A stretch of DNA of 64,000 nt from Lytechinus pictus (Eukaryota): positions 21,266,001 through 21,330,000 of the forward strand of contig NC_087256.1 in assembly GCF_037042905.1 (NCBI RefSeq). Direction: 5' to 3'. Below, piece after piece: positions 40,758 to 53,648 of the stretch. The notes below the pieces were generated by a model that had not been told where the DNA came from, ran no database searches, and was given only the letters and a program-made list of their open reading frames with translations. The position numbers and the translations under genes are program-made. Position 1 is the first letter of the stretch; every line of letters starts with the position of its first letter.

Positions 40758-43126
40758 GTTGTAATGTTTCATCAACACACATGTATAATGCATTAGGAGA
40801 ATTAAACCTTCTACCAATTTGCTGAGCTTTGATATGACGATAAAAACAATTTCACTCGTGAATATCTCCAGTCTTATTTTTACTAAAAAGACAAATTGAA
40901 TGTTGAATACAATGATTACCTACATTATCATAAGACGTTAATAAAATAAAAAGATCATTTGGTATCGATGTAGGATTACAGTCATCCCCTCTGATAACAC
41001 ATAAACCAGGAGATATTATATGCTACCTGAAAGAATGCTGTCAGTGAGATATCAAACAGTCTCCACATTTTCAAAATCAATCTTGAGATTTATTACCTAA
41101 GATTTTTCACCTTGGCTGAGGTTGAAATGCTCACAAAAAGGAAGTGAAAAAATGGAAGGAAATGAACAAATATTTCCTCTTGCTTTCAAAGTACTTCACA
41201 GTTAAATGTTGCAGTGACAGAGAGGCAAACAAGGAAGTTCAATCTACTTGTAACTTCAATCTAACTTGGAAGCTAAACATGTCCCTTTTAATATCTCTAA
41301 AAAGTATACCAGTACTTACAGTATATACTCTGATGTACAATTTTTAAGGAATAAACAAGAACCAAATTTGTAATGAATGTATCTACTTTTTGCTCTCATG
41401 ATAATCATATGAAGGTTTGCCAGGGAAGAGGTGGGGCAGTTAATTGAGGGACAGCCACAATAAGTATTTCTTCAATTGGGAATCAAATATTTCTCTATCA
41501 ATTAAATTCTCCCTGTTTAGGGCATGTGTAGAAAATATCCTTTTGTATAGTTCAGAAACATGGACAATCAAGAAGTCCTTAAAATGATAGATTACATACA
41601 CCTTTAAATTTTGTTGATTGCATATGTAAGGATACAAATAATTTGTCTCATGATTTACCAACTCTAATGTCAAATCGCAAAGCCTGACAATGGACCAGAG
41701 TAGTAGGTCCATGGCCTGACATAGCATTGTTGATTTATTCCCAGATGAGTCTGATTAGTAGTAAGTAGTAATAGAAGTATTTATTCAACAGGGACAATTC
41801 AATTATTATTTCCAATGAAATAGACTTCTAATTGTACTAATGTTCTATTAAAGCTTAAGGAGATGGTCTAGTATAAGAATGTAATATCAAAATCAATGAA
41901 ACTGTCATAAAGGCAGGGAATTCTTGGGGAGATTTCACTGATCCAGGTAATAGTTTTGGCAAGTACAAGTACTACATGTATATGCATGCCAGGTTAGAAA
42001 AAATGGCCATGTTCAGCTTTAAGGAGAGAGTTTTTGCTCCATGAAGCGCAACGGATAAAAGAGCATAGAAAATGTATTGTCCCATGCCCTTCATAACAAA
42101 GGAGCAACCAAGAAGTCTTTGTCAAAAATTGATGAATCAAAACAGTAGTTACGTCCAATCCTCTGAACAAAACAACAGTTTGCAATTTTTCATCAGCTTT
42201 GAAACTTAGGACGAAACTGCTGTTCCAGTTCATCAGTTTTCGACAAAGCCCTCCCAGCTGTTCATTGTCATATGTGGGCATTTTGAATACATTTACTTTG
42301 TTCTTGCATCTCGTGTGCATTGTGGAAGTCAAAACTCCCATATATCCACTCTTGGAGATGATGATCTACAGACAGTCATACAATGGCCTTGTGCATCCAA
42401 GAATGGTCAAAAGAGGAAGAATCTTTGTGGCTTTTAATTACAGGCAGATGGTCTTCTGGAAGTATTTCATCAAAACTCTCAAATCCTGCAAGGAAATTCC
42501 GAGTGCAACACATTTTGAAGGATTAGTGACAGGACCTTAAAAAATGTAAAAATTTAGCGTCACCGAATCATCAAAGACATTTCTGAAACAATCAAACAGG
42601 AAGGTTCGGGGAGAGAGATTTGCCCCATATAGTAGCAGTGGAGGTCATCTGCCCGCCAGATTTTAAACAGAGATGGGTACGTTCTGCTTTGAGGAGTTAA
42701 TCTCATTCTCTTAGATGATGGTTTACAGACACCTTGTAGGTTTTAAGAATAGATGAAGGAGGAATGAAGCTTTCCGGCTTTATGGACAGATGGTGTTCTG
42801 GAAGTATTCCATAGCGAAACCCATCATCAGATTCTGCAAGAAAGGATCTTAGAGCTGCATAATGTCAGTGGCAAAAGGACCATTGTTTTTTAAAGGTACT
42901 ATTCTGATTGGCTGCTCAGCCCTGTTACCTATGACGGCAAAGATGAGGGAGAGTAGAATTGTTGTGGATGAATGGATAAGACCCGAAACTTTGAACCACA
43001 AGGTCAGGGGTTCAAACCTCACTGTGGTACTGTCCTTTGGCAAATAATTTGTCTATCTCCATCCAGGTTTACATACGCTACTTACTTCAATGGCAGCTAG
43101 CATCTGTGACAATAACTGGGGTAATG

Positions 43127-43561
43127 CCCGGGGGGGGGGGCAGAGTCAAATGTATTACTCTACACGTGCGTGACCAAATTATTTCCAAACACCGGCCCCT
43201 AAACGAGTTTTTCCTCAGTGTGCAAAATAACAAGTTTTTCACGGCCTTTATTTACACATTTTGGCCCCTAAACAAGTCGTCGCCAGAATATGACCTCGGG
43301 AAAAAACATACCCTAAACACGTTTGGCTATTCTTTAAAAAGAAAAAGCTTTGGAAAAAAAATATGCTAAATACGTTTGACCCCTTGATTGACCATTTACC
43401 TTTTAAAACCACCCTTTTTCTTGAAAATCAGTGTTTTTTATACCCTTAATGAGTGCATGCGTGGCCCGCGTCCAAAACTGAATAAACACCCCTTCAAACG
43501 TGTTTTTTGGTCACGCATGTGTACAGCAATATTTGATTGGGCCCCCCCCCCATCCCCCGGG
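43127..43561. mobile_element. Unclassified MITE with CCCGGG termini and a 6-bp TSD
   Basis: GTAATG|CCCGGGGG...CCCCCGGG|GTAATG; inner IR TACACGTGCGTGACCAAA / TTTGGTCACGCATGTGTA. Confidence 0.75.
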
Positions 43562-44860
43562 GTAATGATGTCTATAATCATTATTACTATTATCAAGTCT
43601 AATATGCAATGAACTCTATACAATTATATTTTTAGGTGTCCGAATTGGTTATAATGTAATTCATATTACGACAATCCTTTTTCCCAATGCCTTGATGGAT
43701 CTGGATGGTTAGTGTGTAATGGTTAATAGTACCAGAATGCTTTGAAGAAGTTACATCGGATGACTTTGCCAAAAAAAAAAACAAGTACTTTCTGGGTAAA
43801 ATTTTGATTTTTTTTTTTGTAGGTCCCACTCTAAAGAGATAATTTACAAGTTCATAAAGAGGTACCATAATACAGTGAATGTGCATATATAGAGGTATAT
43901 GGGGAGATAAAGAGGTATGAATTTACATGTAATATCATCTGCTCTAAGAAGAAGGGATGGCAAATGCACGGTGTAAAAGTTTCTACAAGGGGTTGCTTTA
44001 AACATAGAAATTACAGACTATTCTTTCCTTTATGTTAAATGGACAAGCAAAATGTTTTGATTATCTCTAGGGAGTGATTTTCCATTTTATAGGTAAATAA
44101 AGTGGAAATTCTTTTTGGTTCTTATACTTTTCATGTAAAAATTCATGGAAATCACCTTTGCAAAACGGAATCCAGGTTTTTGCTGTGTACATTTTCAGTG
44201 ACAAAACATAATTTCCATTTTTAGATCAAGTTGAAATGGAATTACAAATTTTCAGAAACGGAAAAGACCATTTTTTGAAACAGAAAATCACTGTCTCTAT
44301 ATCTCAAGATTTATCTTGGAAAAAATCAAATCGAAATAAAACATAGGCCTAATTATTTTTCAATATATTCATCTTTTAGTTTTATATTAAATTTCAACAA
44401 TAACGGGAGATTCTGGCAAATTATTCTGCAGCTAAGATCGATCGAGGTGTACTCCAAATGAAACTGAAAATCTCAATCGCTAAATTCCTTTCAAAATGGC
44501 ATTATTTGCTTTTCCTACAATATACATAGCAACAACAATATAATTTGAGAAACAAGGTGCAATACATATGATAAAGTGGAGAGGCCATTTATCTTCATAA
44601 AGTATGGCATATGGCAGGCCACCTCAATATTGACTACCACCGAAATTGCTTATTTGCACTTGAGACATAAAAACGACCTGCATTCAGAATGGAATTGGGC
44701 AGGGTGATAGAATCTTAGACCATGGGTCATTGAAAGTTTAGTATGATTTCATATCTAAATATTTCTATTTCAGGAACAGACCTAAAGATGGCAGTATATT
44801 GATTCATATATATTAGGGAAAGGAGGGTCTTAAAGGCTAATAAGTCTGGAAAGAGGACTA

Positions 44861-46037
44861 CCGTAAGTAACGGTGTATTAACCGCACCTTTTTCTCGGCG
44901 GGACAGAATCAAAAGTCGGGGGTGCGGTTTATGCACGGTGACAGGTCTGAGCCAAGCCAATCTCAGCCCGATACCACTACCAGTTTTCAACTCGCGTCGG
45001 GTGGCCGAGCGTAGCCGCTTGGGGCAATCCCGTTTAGAGGGGTATGAGCCGCGGGTATAAAAGGGAAGCAACTATGACTACCGGTATCTGCCGTAAATGT
45101 CCCTTAAAGTTATATCACGGTAACAAACGCACCTACCTTCATGAAACTGACTTTTTTTAATGGTGTGACTCTGTCTTTGTTGTCATTTTTTAGTCATCGC
45201 GGCAAAGTTCAGACGCCAATCGATCGCACAGCGCGGTGCAGCTAGCCGAATAAGACATGCATGTGTAATTAATGTTTATCGCAACGTCAACGTAAGCTGG
45301 CGCTTTACCTTTCCGTGGAAGTTATTTTGTTTGAGAAATTATTGGTATTATTTGACAATTAATTTCTTTCATTTGCCTTTCCTTCATTTCTCTCTATCAT
45401 CCATCATCTCAAAATCAATCTTCAATCCCCATCTTCACTCCTTCCGACTTTTTATTTTATTCCCGCCCAGAGCTCCCATTGAAAATACGGTATACCGGTA
45501 CTAGCATTTTTTTTTCCTATTTTGCTGTCTGTAAGATACCGCCACACACGTACTGAGAACTACCGGTAGTGGTTCAAAGCAGACAAGAAAAACACCTGAA
45601 CAAAATCGCTAATTTCTCGTATCTTGAACCTTCCCGTATTCCCTTGTCTAAAATTCATGTCAAGACATTGAATGCTAGACAGAATTCTGAAAGCAAAAGT
45701 GGGGCTGTGATGCAGGAAATATGATATGAACGATCTTCTCGTATGGGTGAGCCCCCATGTTGATGCTGGTATTGGTACTTGCAATGAACACCAGTACCAT
45801 ATGTGTGTGTGTGAGGTGAGTGTGGAAGTGGCCAATAATATAAGAAACTTGCAGATAAGTGACGAAGCGCTGATTTTTTACCAGTAATTCTTCGATATTT
45901 TTTGGTTCTTGACTCTTTCTTAAATACGCATATTAGAGATAGAAAGTAAGTTTGATTAAATTTTTTTTTTTTTTTTCCATCCGAAAATGGGGGGTGCGGT
46001 TAATACACGGGTGCGGTTAATACACCGTTACTTACGG
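44861..46037. mobile_element. Non-autonomous pogo/Tc2-like DNA transposon (1177 bp)
   Basis: Perfect 28-bp TIR CCGTAAGTAACGGTGTATTAACCGCACC, TA flanks, subterminal GGGTGCGGTT repeats; no transposase ORF. Confidence 0.9.
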
Positions 46038-46113
46038 TACACACATTAATTGTAAGATTGTTCTAAATCTAAAGAAAAATAAATAAAGCTCGATAATTTG
46101 AAGATTTTTTTCA

Positions 46114-46465
46114 CACACTGCCGTGTGAACTGGACTGTGTATTCTGAGCACACTGTCTTGTGTGAACTGGACTGTGTACTCTGAGCATACTGTCTTGTGT
46201 GGATGGGACTGTGTACTCTGAGCACACTGCCTTGTGTGTACTGGACTGTGTAATTTGAGCACACTGCCTTGTGTGAACTGGACTGTGTACTATGAGCACA
46301 CTGCCTTGTGTGAACTGGACTGTACTTTGAGCACACTGCCTTGTGTGAACTGGACTGTGTACTCTGCATGAGCACATTGTCTTGTGTGAACTAGACTGTG
46401 TACTCTGAGTACACTGCCTTGTGTGAACTGGACTGTGTAATTTGAGCACACTGCCTTGTGTGAAC
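46114..46465. repeat. 37-bp minisatellite, about 9.5 units
   Basis: Unit CACACTGCCTTGTGTGAACTGGACTGTGTACTCTGAG repeated head to tail without spacers. Confidence 0.95.
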
Positions 46466-46794
46466 ATGGACATGCACTCAAAGCCAATTGCCTTCAATGA
46501 ACACAACTACACGTACTTTCATCCAAGTGCATTGTATGAACATCGATACATGCTTTGAGCCAACTCACCACTTCTTGGTATCCAAGAAGAACAGGTCTCC
46601 AAGTTTCTTTGTGGTGTGTTCCGTCGTCGGACACTCACGGAATGTTGCCAGAGACTATTAATACCCAAGCCACATGTTCGGAGCTGTCAACAGAGGTGTC
46701 TGCTGGGCCGCCACATCTTGTAATCGATAGACTGATGATATGATCTAGGGTTAAAGACAGAGTTTGATGGAAATGATAATAGCTGGATTTAGAG

Positions 46795-46910
46795 CAATAT
46801 TATTACCCTGCGCTTTGGCTCGAGCTGCCTCTTAATCCAGCTCTCATAGTATTCAAGGAATTAATCCTGCCAGGTACCCATTCACCTCACCTTGGGTCAA
46901 ACACAGTACA
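46795..46910 (-). mobile_element. SINE core fragment
   Basis: GGTACCCATTCACCTCACCTTGGGTC matches the SINE core in reverse. Confidence 0.65.
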
Positions 46911-48545
46911 GTGCGCAGTACAATAAAAAGCAAGATATGAATTAATTGCAAAATAATAATGCAATTAAGCTACAAATACTTTGATTCCAAAAGGTAGTAT
47001 CCATCCTCTTCATTTAGAGGGAAAATGCATTTGTACATATATGCATATATATGAAAAAGTGATATTAGAAAGTCCACCATCTCATCTTTGCTTTCAAAAT
47101 GGGGATAAAAAATGTTTGTTCAAAGACAGGTCCTGACTGGGATGATATTCTGAGGCCTAAAATTTACTTTTTTCATAATATACAAGTCATGTCAATATAA
47201 CTATACTGTAATAGAATATTTTGTTATAATTAATTTGTAGACAGGCATACTAACTGTAGTTTACAAAAGTCAATCAGGTCTTTTTTTATATGATAATTTC
47301 ATGAATTTGAACAAGATTTTTTATTGACCTCAATTTCTTGACCACATTTACCGCAGCCATGCTCATCAAAGCGGCGACACTGATACGTATATAAAATTAT
47401 GAAGATGCATTCAGGAACGAAACAGGGCGATGTCATTTAAACAGATCACCAGTGCCATTCCATACAAGATGATACACAAAGGTGCTTTCACACCAGCCAA
47501 ATCACAAAAATTCTATCGCAATCAAAATAATGGCATGTATTTTGCCAGAGCGAAAGCAATGAACTCGCAGTGCATTCATCTGTGAAAGAAAATATCACAA
47601 AACCTGTAGGTTCTTTTCAAAGTTTGAGTTCATTAGCAGGGATTTATCCAAGGTTTTGGAGATTTTTGTGCAGTGTGGAAGCAAATTACAAAAACTTACT
47701 ACGTGAGGCATGAAGATATCCTTTGTTATACTCCCTATAGGAATGCGATAACCTTGTTGCTAGCTTCTAACTATGAGAAATTTACCTCATTAAGGTATGT
47801 GTGTACATCACAAAAGAAATTATCAGGTATTTCAAACTTAAAAACCTTCCCCCCCAAAAAAAAAAAAAGAAACAGGTATTTTCATAATCGGAGTGTGAAC
47901 ACGTCTACAAAGAACTTGTCCTCAGTGCTCAAAGTTTCATTGATGCAAACTGGAGTTAAGCAAACCTTACCTAGGCATTATGAATGAATGATGAATCCTG
48001 ACAAAAGACGAGGAAAGCCCCCTTCAGGGGGCAATGAACCTCTCATTGTCAGCAATTTGTGACAATTCATTGTCCATTGTGGCTACCATAGATTCTACAA
48101 TCTGATCTGAATTTCAATTACAGGTTTATTAAAGCTATCACCCCCTTATTCCAAATTAACCAGTACCCTCAGAGCAGACCTGTCTCGGAGTCCTAAAACG
48201 GTAGTAATATCAAAGCTGAAATTCTGCCGACTTGAAACTTTTCCTGAGGGTTTGAAAACTGTTTAGGGGAATTTAATAGCCTGACGGGAGACAAGCTAAT
48301 TTCATTTTAAAATTGGATTTGTTCTGTCCACTTTGTTCAAGAATATTGCCTCCACTTAGGGAGTTTTTATCTCCTTGTATCAAATCATCTCATCTTCATT
48401 ATCCTATCACAAAAACATGGAAATGGCAAAACAAGATTTTAAAAGTGCATTTTGCCTGGCCTTGAAGACATTCTTCAAAAGTACACATCCCCTCCACAAA
48501 AGTGCAAACCTGTTGCGTTACAGAGAACATCTATATCAGCAACAG

Positions 48546-48720
48546 TTTAAATTTTTGTGTCGGTGCAGGAACGCCCTTAGCACTACACTTTCGCACAATG
48601 CAAGCACACAGAAACGCCCTTCAAAGCGCAAAGGGCATAGCGTAAGGCGTTTCTGCACCGGTAAGTTGCGCGGAAGTGTGGTGCTAAGGGCGTTCCTGCA
48701 CCGACACAAAAATGTAAAAT
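48546..48720. mobile_element. Palindromic MITE-like element
   Basis: TTTTTGTGTCGGTGCAGGAACGCCCTTAGCAC...GTGCTAAGGGCGTTCCTGCACCGACACAAAAA perfect arms. Confidence 0.75.
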
Positions 48721-51639
48721 GTAAACAGTAAACAGTTAGTGCTGATAACTTTGAACAATAGAGGATTTGTACCCAATATTTTAAAAGGCTGAACAAATCC
48801 CTGCACTCACTAGAGACTGCAAAAGTTTTAGTAGGCCTAGTGTTTTCCCACTCTGTCCAACTCAGGATATTACATCAGTGTGACCAAAACATAGAGTACA
48901 ACATGTGTGCCAAAGAAATATATAAAATAAAGGTTTCCACATCATTCCTAAAAAGAAAACTTGATGAACTTGTTATGAAATCAACAGCTTTTCCCCTTGA
49001 ACAGGCTCGGTGAGTGTGTAAGGGTGTGGGTGAGGGTGAGTGAGTTTTTTTTTTTTGGAAGTCATATTTTATTTTCATAACAGACAATATGACAGAGGAG
49101 GTGGATAGTAATAGAAATTACCACAACAAAGGGACCAGACATATTTTTGTGACTCAACTATGACTTGTATCATTTGTATTTCATGAACAGGTGACAAAAA
49201 GGTCAAAAGAAAATTGACAAACCACCACCAGCATGTGTAAAAGAAATATATATATATATATTTCAACAAGTACACCTGTAGTATGAACTATTATATGCAC
49301 ACTTAAATTAGTGTATCACATACTAGAGAACAGCCCCCCCCCCCCCTTTTTGGTAATGTCATTATGTAACTACATGTACCATGAAAAACTTGATTCTGAA
49401 TCACTGTTGAGCCCTGTTAGCATGGTAAGTAGTCGCCATCGTGGCAAATTACTTGTAAATTACAGGATCCAGGTATAGATAGCCTTCAACACTTTCTTCT
49501 TTCATTGTTTTCATAAATTAAAAAATTACTCTATATAATATACCATGGAATTTTGTTTGCTTAGTCTTTCTTTGTTGGGGAATGTTATCTGATGAGGCAA
49601 CAATAAGATAATTATTCAGATGCTTTCATTGAATCTCCAAAGGGAGCCAATGTAACTAATAATAATACTAATGCTATAAAAACAACATTTTTATCACACG
49701 ATTCCTCAATGTAAGCATATAATTGAAAATTTCAAGAGTGAGTTCAACGTGTAAAGTCAAATCTGCAAGACTGCAACAATGAATATTAACCACAAATTCT
49801 TTTATGGCAGTATCACTGGTATTTTTAAAAGAGATAATTCGCTCCCGAGGCTATTAAATCAATTTAGTAATGCCATTTCAGAAAACCACAATTTGTAAGT
49901 CTCTACTGTACTATTTTCTGTAAAACCCAAATGAATAAGAAGAAATTAGTGACCAAAATTTATCAAGGTCCAAACTCAAAGATCCCCCTATTGCCCATTC
50001 ATGCTTTATGAAGGGGGAGGGGCAAGCTTATGAGGAGAGGGTCCCCAAAAATTCCACAACAAAGGGAAAAGAAAATGAAGGAGAATAGGAAATGCACAAG
50101 AAATAAACAGAAATTAAGGGAAACCAAAACCCAAGGATTGAATCAATGTCATTGGAAAGAGTAAAATGAGAGGAGCAATTTAAAACAAGTTTCATCAAAA
50201 TCGGAAAAAATGAGCAGGGCAGCCAACATTGGATAATTAGTAGAGCGTAAGACTCCCATAGGCCAATGATATAATCCAGGGGTCAAAATAAGTGAGATAA
50301 TTAGAAATGCAGGCAAATTTAAAAAAATTATAGAGAAAGGACCAAAATGAGTTGGTCTCACTCTTAATGAGAGTTGGCAGCTCTGAAATAAGAGTTATTG
50401 AAATCTCTACTTGGTCAAGTTGAACAGGGAATAATTTTACTGGTATCGCATCGCAATTTGCTCCACATATTTGAAAGAGTGCTATACATAAAGTCTTTTA
50501 TTTTTACATAGGACTATACATTACTTTAATAGTTGAGAGCTTTTCTCTTATGACCAAATATGCTATTCAAATTTATAAAGCAAAATTATTCCCTGTTGTA
50601 TAAGAAAATAAATAAATTAAAAACCCCCCAAATATGAGACCAATTCTTTGTATGTGGATCAAGATAAATTTTGTTCAAACATGGCCAAATGCAATTTACA
50701 GTTTGGCAGGACAAGATGGCATCATCATGAAATAAGTCACCGGTCCATTAATAATACTGCTGTTTATTTCATCAGTTCTAGTGAAATTTTTCGATCTTTC
50801 CTCTTCCATATTTTGTAGACAGGGTGCGCGCACACACCGACACATACAATACACATGATGAGGGGCAAAAATTTCATGAAGGCCTACGTTAGTGTAGGAG
50901 TCGATATCCAGTTAATTTTCCATAATCATCAAGGCCCTAGGGATAGCCCTGGTCTGGTGTGGCATTTGGGCTGCCACATGGCCCTGAAAAGCAGGGGGTG
51001 CTGAAGCAAACCCGACCCAAACTTGTGCTGCGTTACCGTAGGCAGCAGCACCTTCTGGATGTCAGGTTGACAAGCAAAAAAAATGTTGTAGCTCCCAAAT
51101 GACAGATATTTGGGAGCAAAAATGATTTTCAATTTTTGTTAGGTTATATGAATATTTTATTCTTGTCAAGTTTTTTCTGACAATCCCCTGACCCTGTCCC
51201 TGAATAAAAAAAAAAGAAAAACAGCACCCCCTCCCAGGGCCCTGGATTGCAACAGTAAATCCAGGTACTATTAAACCTATAACTTTCATTGCTTTCTCCA
51301 GAGCCACACCTAGCATGTGGAAGTCAACTACCACTCACCCACTCACCATACCGCAAGAATTCTATTTTTGTAATTATCTAGGCTCTAGCAGATGATCGGC
51401 CTCCCAACCCTAACCTCGCCTAACCTTCCCGCTAGCTCTACTTTGGGTTGCCGTACTCCAGCCGAAGATTCACGGGGACAATTTTCCTTTAATTTATTAT
51501 TATAGTGCTGATCATAGAGCATATAACGTAATATTTTACATCTTAAAGTCGTGTTGTTACATAATCAGTCATCCATCCTTCACAATCATGTCTAACCTTG
51601 CAATTGGATGATTTCTTTAGCTTTGAAGCCAAAATTCTT

Positions 51640-51835
51640 TTCTTCCTGTTCGCCATGCCGGTAGCCGTTTAACGCCCTCTTCGGTTTATACATGACAGAC
51701 AGCTAGAGCCGAACTCGAGCTCTGATTGGACAAAAGTTTTATTGCTAAGGGAACGATCAGAATGGGTGATCCAAAAATAAGGTACCGTAATCCGGATGTC
51801 TCCGGAATGTCTTTTTCCAGAAAACTTCCTGATTT
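51640..51835 (-). promoter_or_regulatory. Housekeeping-type core promoter of an unannotated minus-strand transcript
   Basis: Clustered ETS-like sites (CCGGATGT ~51791, CCGGAA ~51802, ACTTCCTG ~51823), CCAAT box (CTGATTGGAC ~51722), minus-strand TATAAA (~51684-51689), YY1-like ATGGCG at 51651-51656. Confidence 0.5.
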
Positions 51836-52599
51836 CACCATAATTTTGATTATGGATGGTAAATTCATCTCTTTCAATAAACTTAAAGGATTATTTTTTT
51901 CATGACGGCATAGTCAATAAAACCATTTATGCCCTCTTTTTCAAGACCATGATTGCTTTGAAATCTTGTAGATCTTAAAATGCAATTTGAGAGTATGCTG
52001 AGCATTTGTATAAATTTTAATAAAATAATCAATATAAATAATATTGATGGGTATTTCATTTTTTTTTAATGATGTAATCTCACCGGAAAGGTTGTGCCTC
52101 TCCCAGGACAATATGTGACAGGTTTCATAATTTGAATACCTAGACAATCAACACATACAGTTTTGATTTTAAACCATGAAACTTTTATGATCATATCTCA
52201 ATTGCTTCATGTATGGCTTATAAAACAAATTTGCTTGACCCCTAAAATATGATTTTGCTAAAACCTTTTTTTTTAAGCTTAGACCTTTGTTAGTCAACCC
52301 TCGGTAATCTGTTTGCACTAACTTGAAGAAAAAAAATCCTGCCGCTTGATTTCCCTGCATTTCGTTTGTTTTTTTCAGATAGTGCAAAAAGTGACTTTTT
52401 GTCGAGAGGGGGGGGGGGGGACTGCCATTAGAAGGTGGGATACTATCCTCATGGACAAAGAAAAGTTTTTAAAAAATAAAAATTACGGAGCCGTGATCAT
52501 GGAGGGGGGAATATTCACCCCAATATGCTCCCCAAAACCCTGGTGGGGTAGTAAATTTCAGCAATCTTATTATCATTATAATAATATTTTATTTATTTT

Positions 52600-53340
52600 T
52601 TTAATAACTGAACAGCATTATCGTTCGGCCTAAATAAACAGTGCGAGTGCGTAGCATGAACTGAAATTTGTTTAATATATTAATATGAAAAACTTGTAAA
52701 TTTTAAGGGTTGTTTGTATAATTCACGATCAGGAAGATATGTATCTCACTGGACAAATAGGAGCGCAAAGCTTTTGATATATGACCTGAAAAAATGGACT
52801 ATTTGTAGAATCCGTAATCCGGATATATACCCCAATAATGCAAGCGCAAGTTGAAAATTTTAATATATTGACCTGACAAATGGACATTTATTAGGAAGTG
52901 ATGAACTGATGAACACTTACTGGATACGTAAATTATGCCAAAGAAAGCGTAAAGCGCGAACCTAAAACGGGATATTTTATTCAAATTTTTTCAAACTTAT
53001 AATCATGAACAGGATTATTTTTTACGATCATGAAAGCATTTTTATCTCATCAAACAAAATAGTGCGGAGCGCGATTTTGTATTTGTCAATTTACTTCAAA
53101 TCATTTGATTTTTTTTTGTTTTGTAATCAGGAATACCATATCTAACTAAACAAATAATGTGACCGCAAAGTGAGAGCTGAATATGTTGATATTCAGATCT
53201 GAATAGGGGATATTCTAAGCACATTTTGAAATTGTAAAGAGGGTATGTATATTAAAAGTGTAAGCGCGAACGAGATATAAATTTTATTTGGGATATTGAT
53301 TTGAAAATATTGGAGCACTTATTTTGTAAGCATGAATTTG
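52600..53340. repeat. Degenerate satellite-like array with GCG..AAGCGCGA motifs
   Basis: Recurring AGCGCAAAGC / AAGCGCGAAC / GACCTGA / GGATAT motifs about every 60-100 bp. Confidence 0.5.
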
Positions 53341-53344
53341 ATAT

Positions 53345-53648
53345 GGGGGCGTCGTAGTTTAGTGGTTATGACTCTCGTCTTTCAATCTGAGGGACGTGGG
53401 TTCAATTCCTAGCAATGGCGTGTTTTCCTTCAGCAAGAAATTTACCCATATTGTGCTGCACTCAACCCAGGTGATGTGAATGGGTACCCGGTAGGAATGA
53501 ATTCTTCGAATGCTTGAGCGCCCAGGTAGCCGAGCTAAAACCGGGGTAATTATAATAACAGGGCCCAATGGGCGAACAGTTTTTGGAACTGAAGTGACTA
53601 CCCTGGGTAAATATACCGTTATTATTATTATTGTTATTTTATTATTAT
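53345..53648 (+). mobile_element. tRNA-derived SINE, near full length
   Basis: A box TAGTTTAGTGG, B box GGTTCAATTCC, central GCAAGAAATTTACCCA...CCCAGGTG...AATGGGTACC domain, (TTA)n tail. Confidence 0.85.

Noticed and set aside
41994-42540. Overlapping 113-115 aa ORFs as a transposase or gene
   Set aside because: No recognisable motif in any frame; kept only as a low-level duplication finding.
46114-46465. CRISPR-like array, or repetitive protein ORFs 46032-46506
   Set aside because: Units are contiguous with no unique spacers, there are no cas genes and the context is eukaryotic; ORFs open in several frames are a minisatellite artefact.
47985-48112. C/D snoRNA or hammerhead ribozyme (ATGATGA...GAAA, GCCCCCT/AGGGGGC hairpin, CTGA)
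   Set aside because: Lacks the CUGAUGA core with a proper stem II and has no terminal stem or recognisable guide. The other CTGATGA sites I checked on both strands also lacked hammerhead stems.
53345-53420. tRNA gene
   Set aside because: The A/B boxes continue into a SINE body and (TTA)n tail; no intact cloverleaf.
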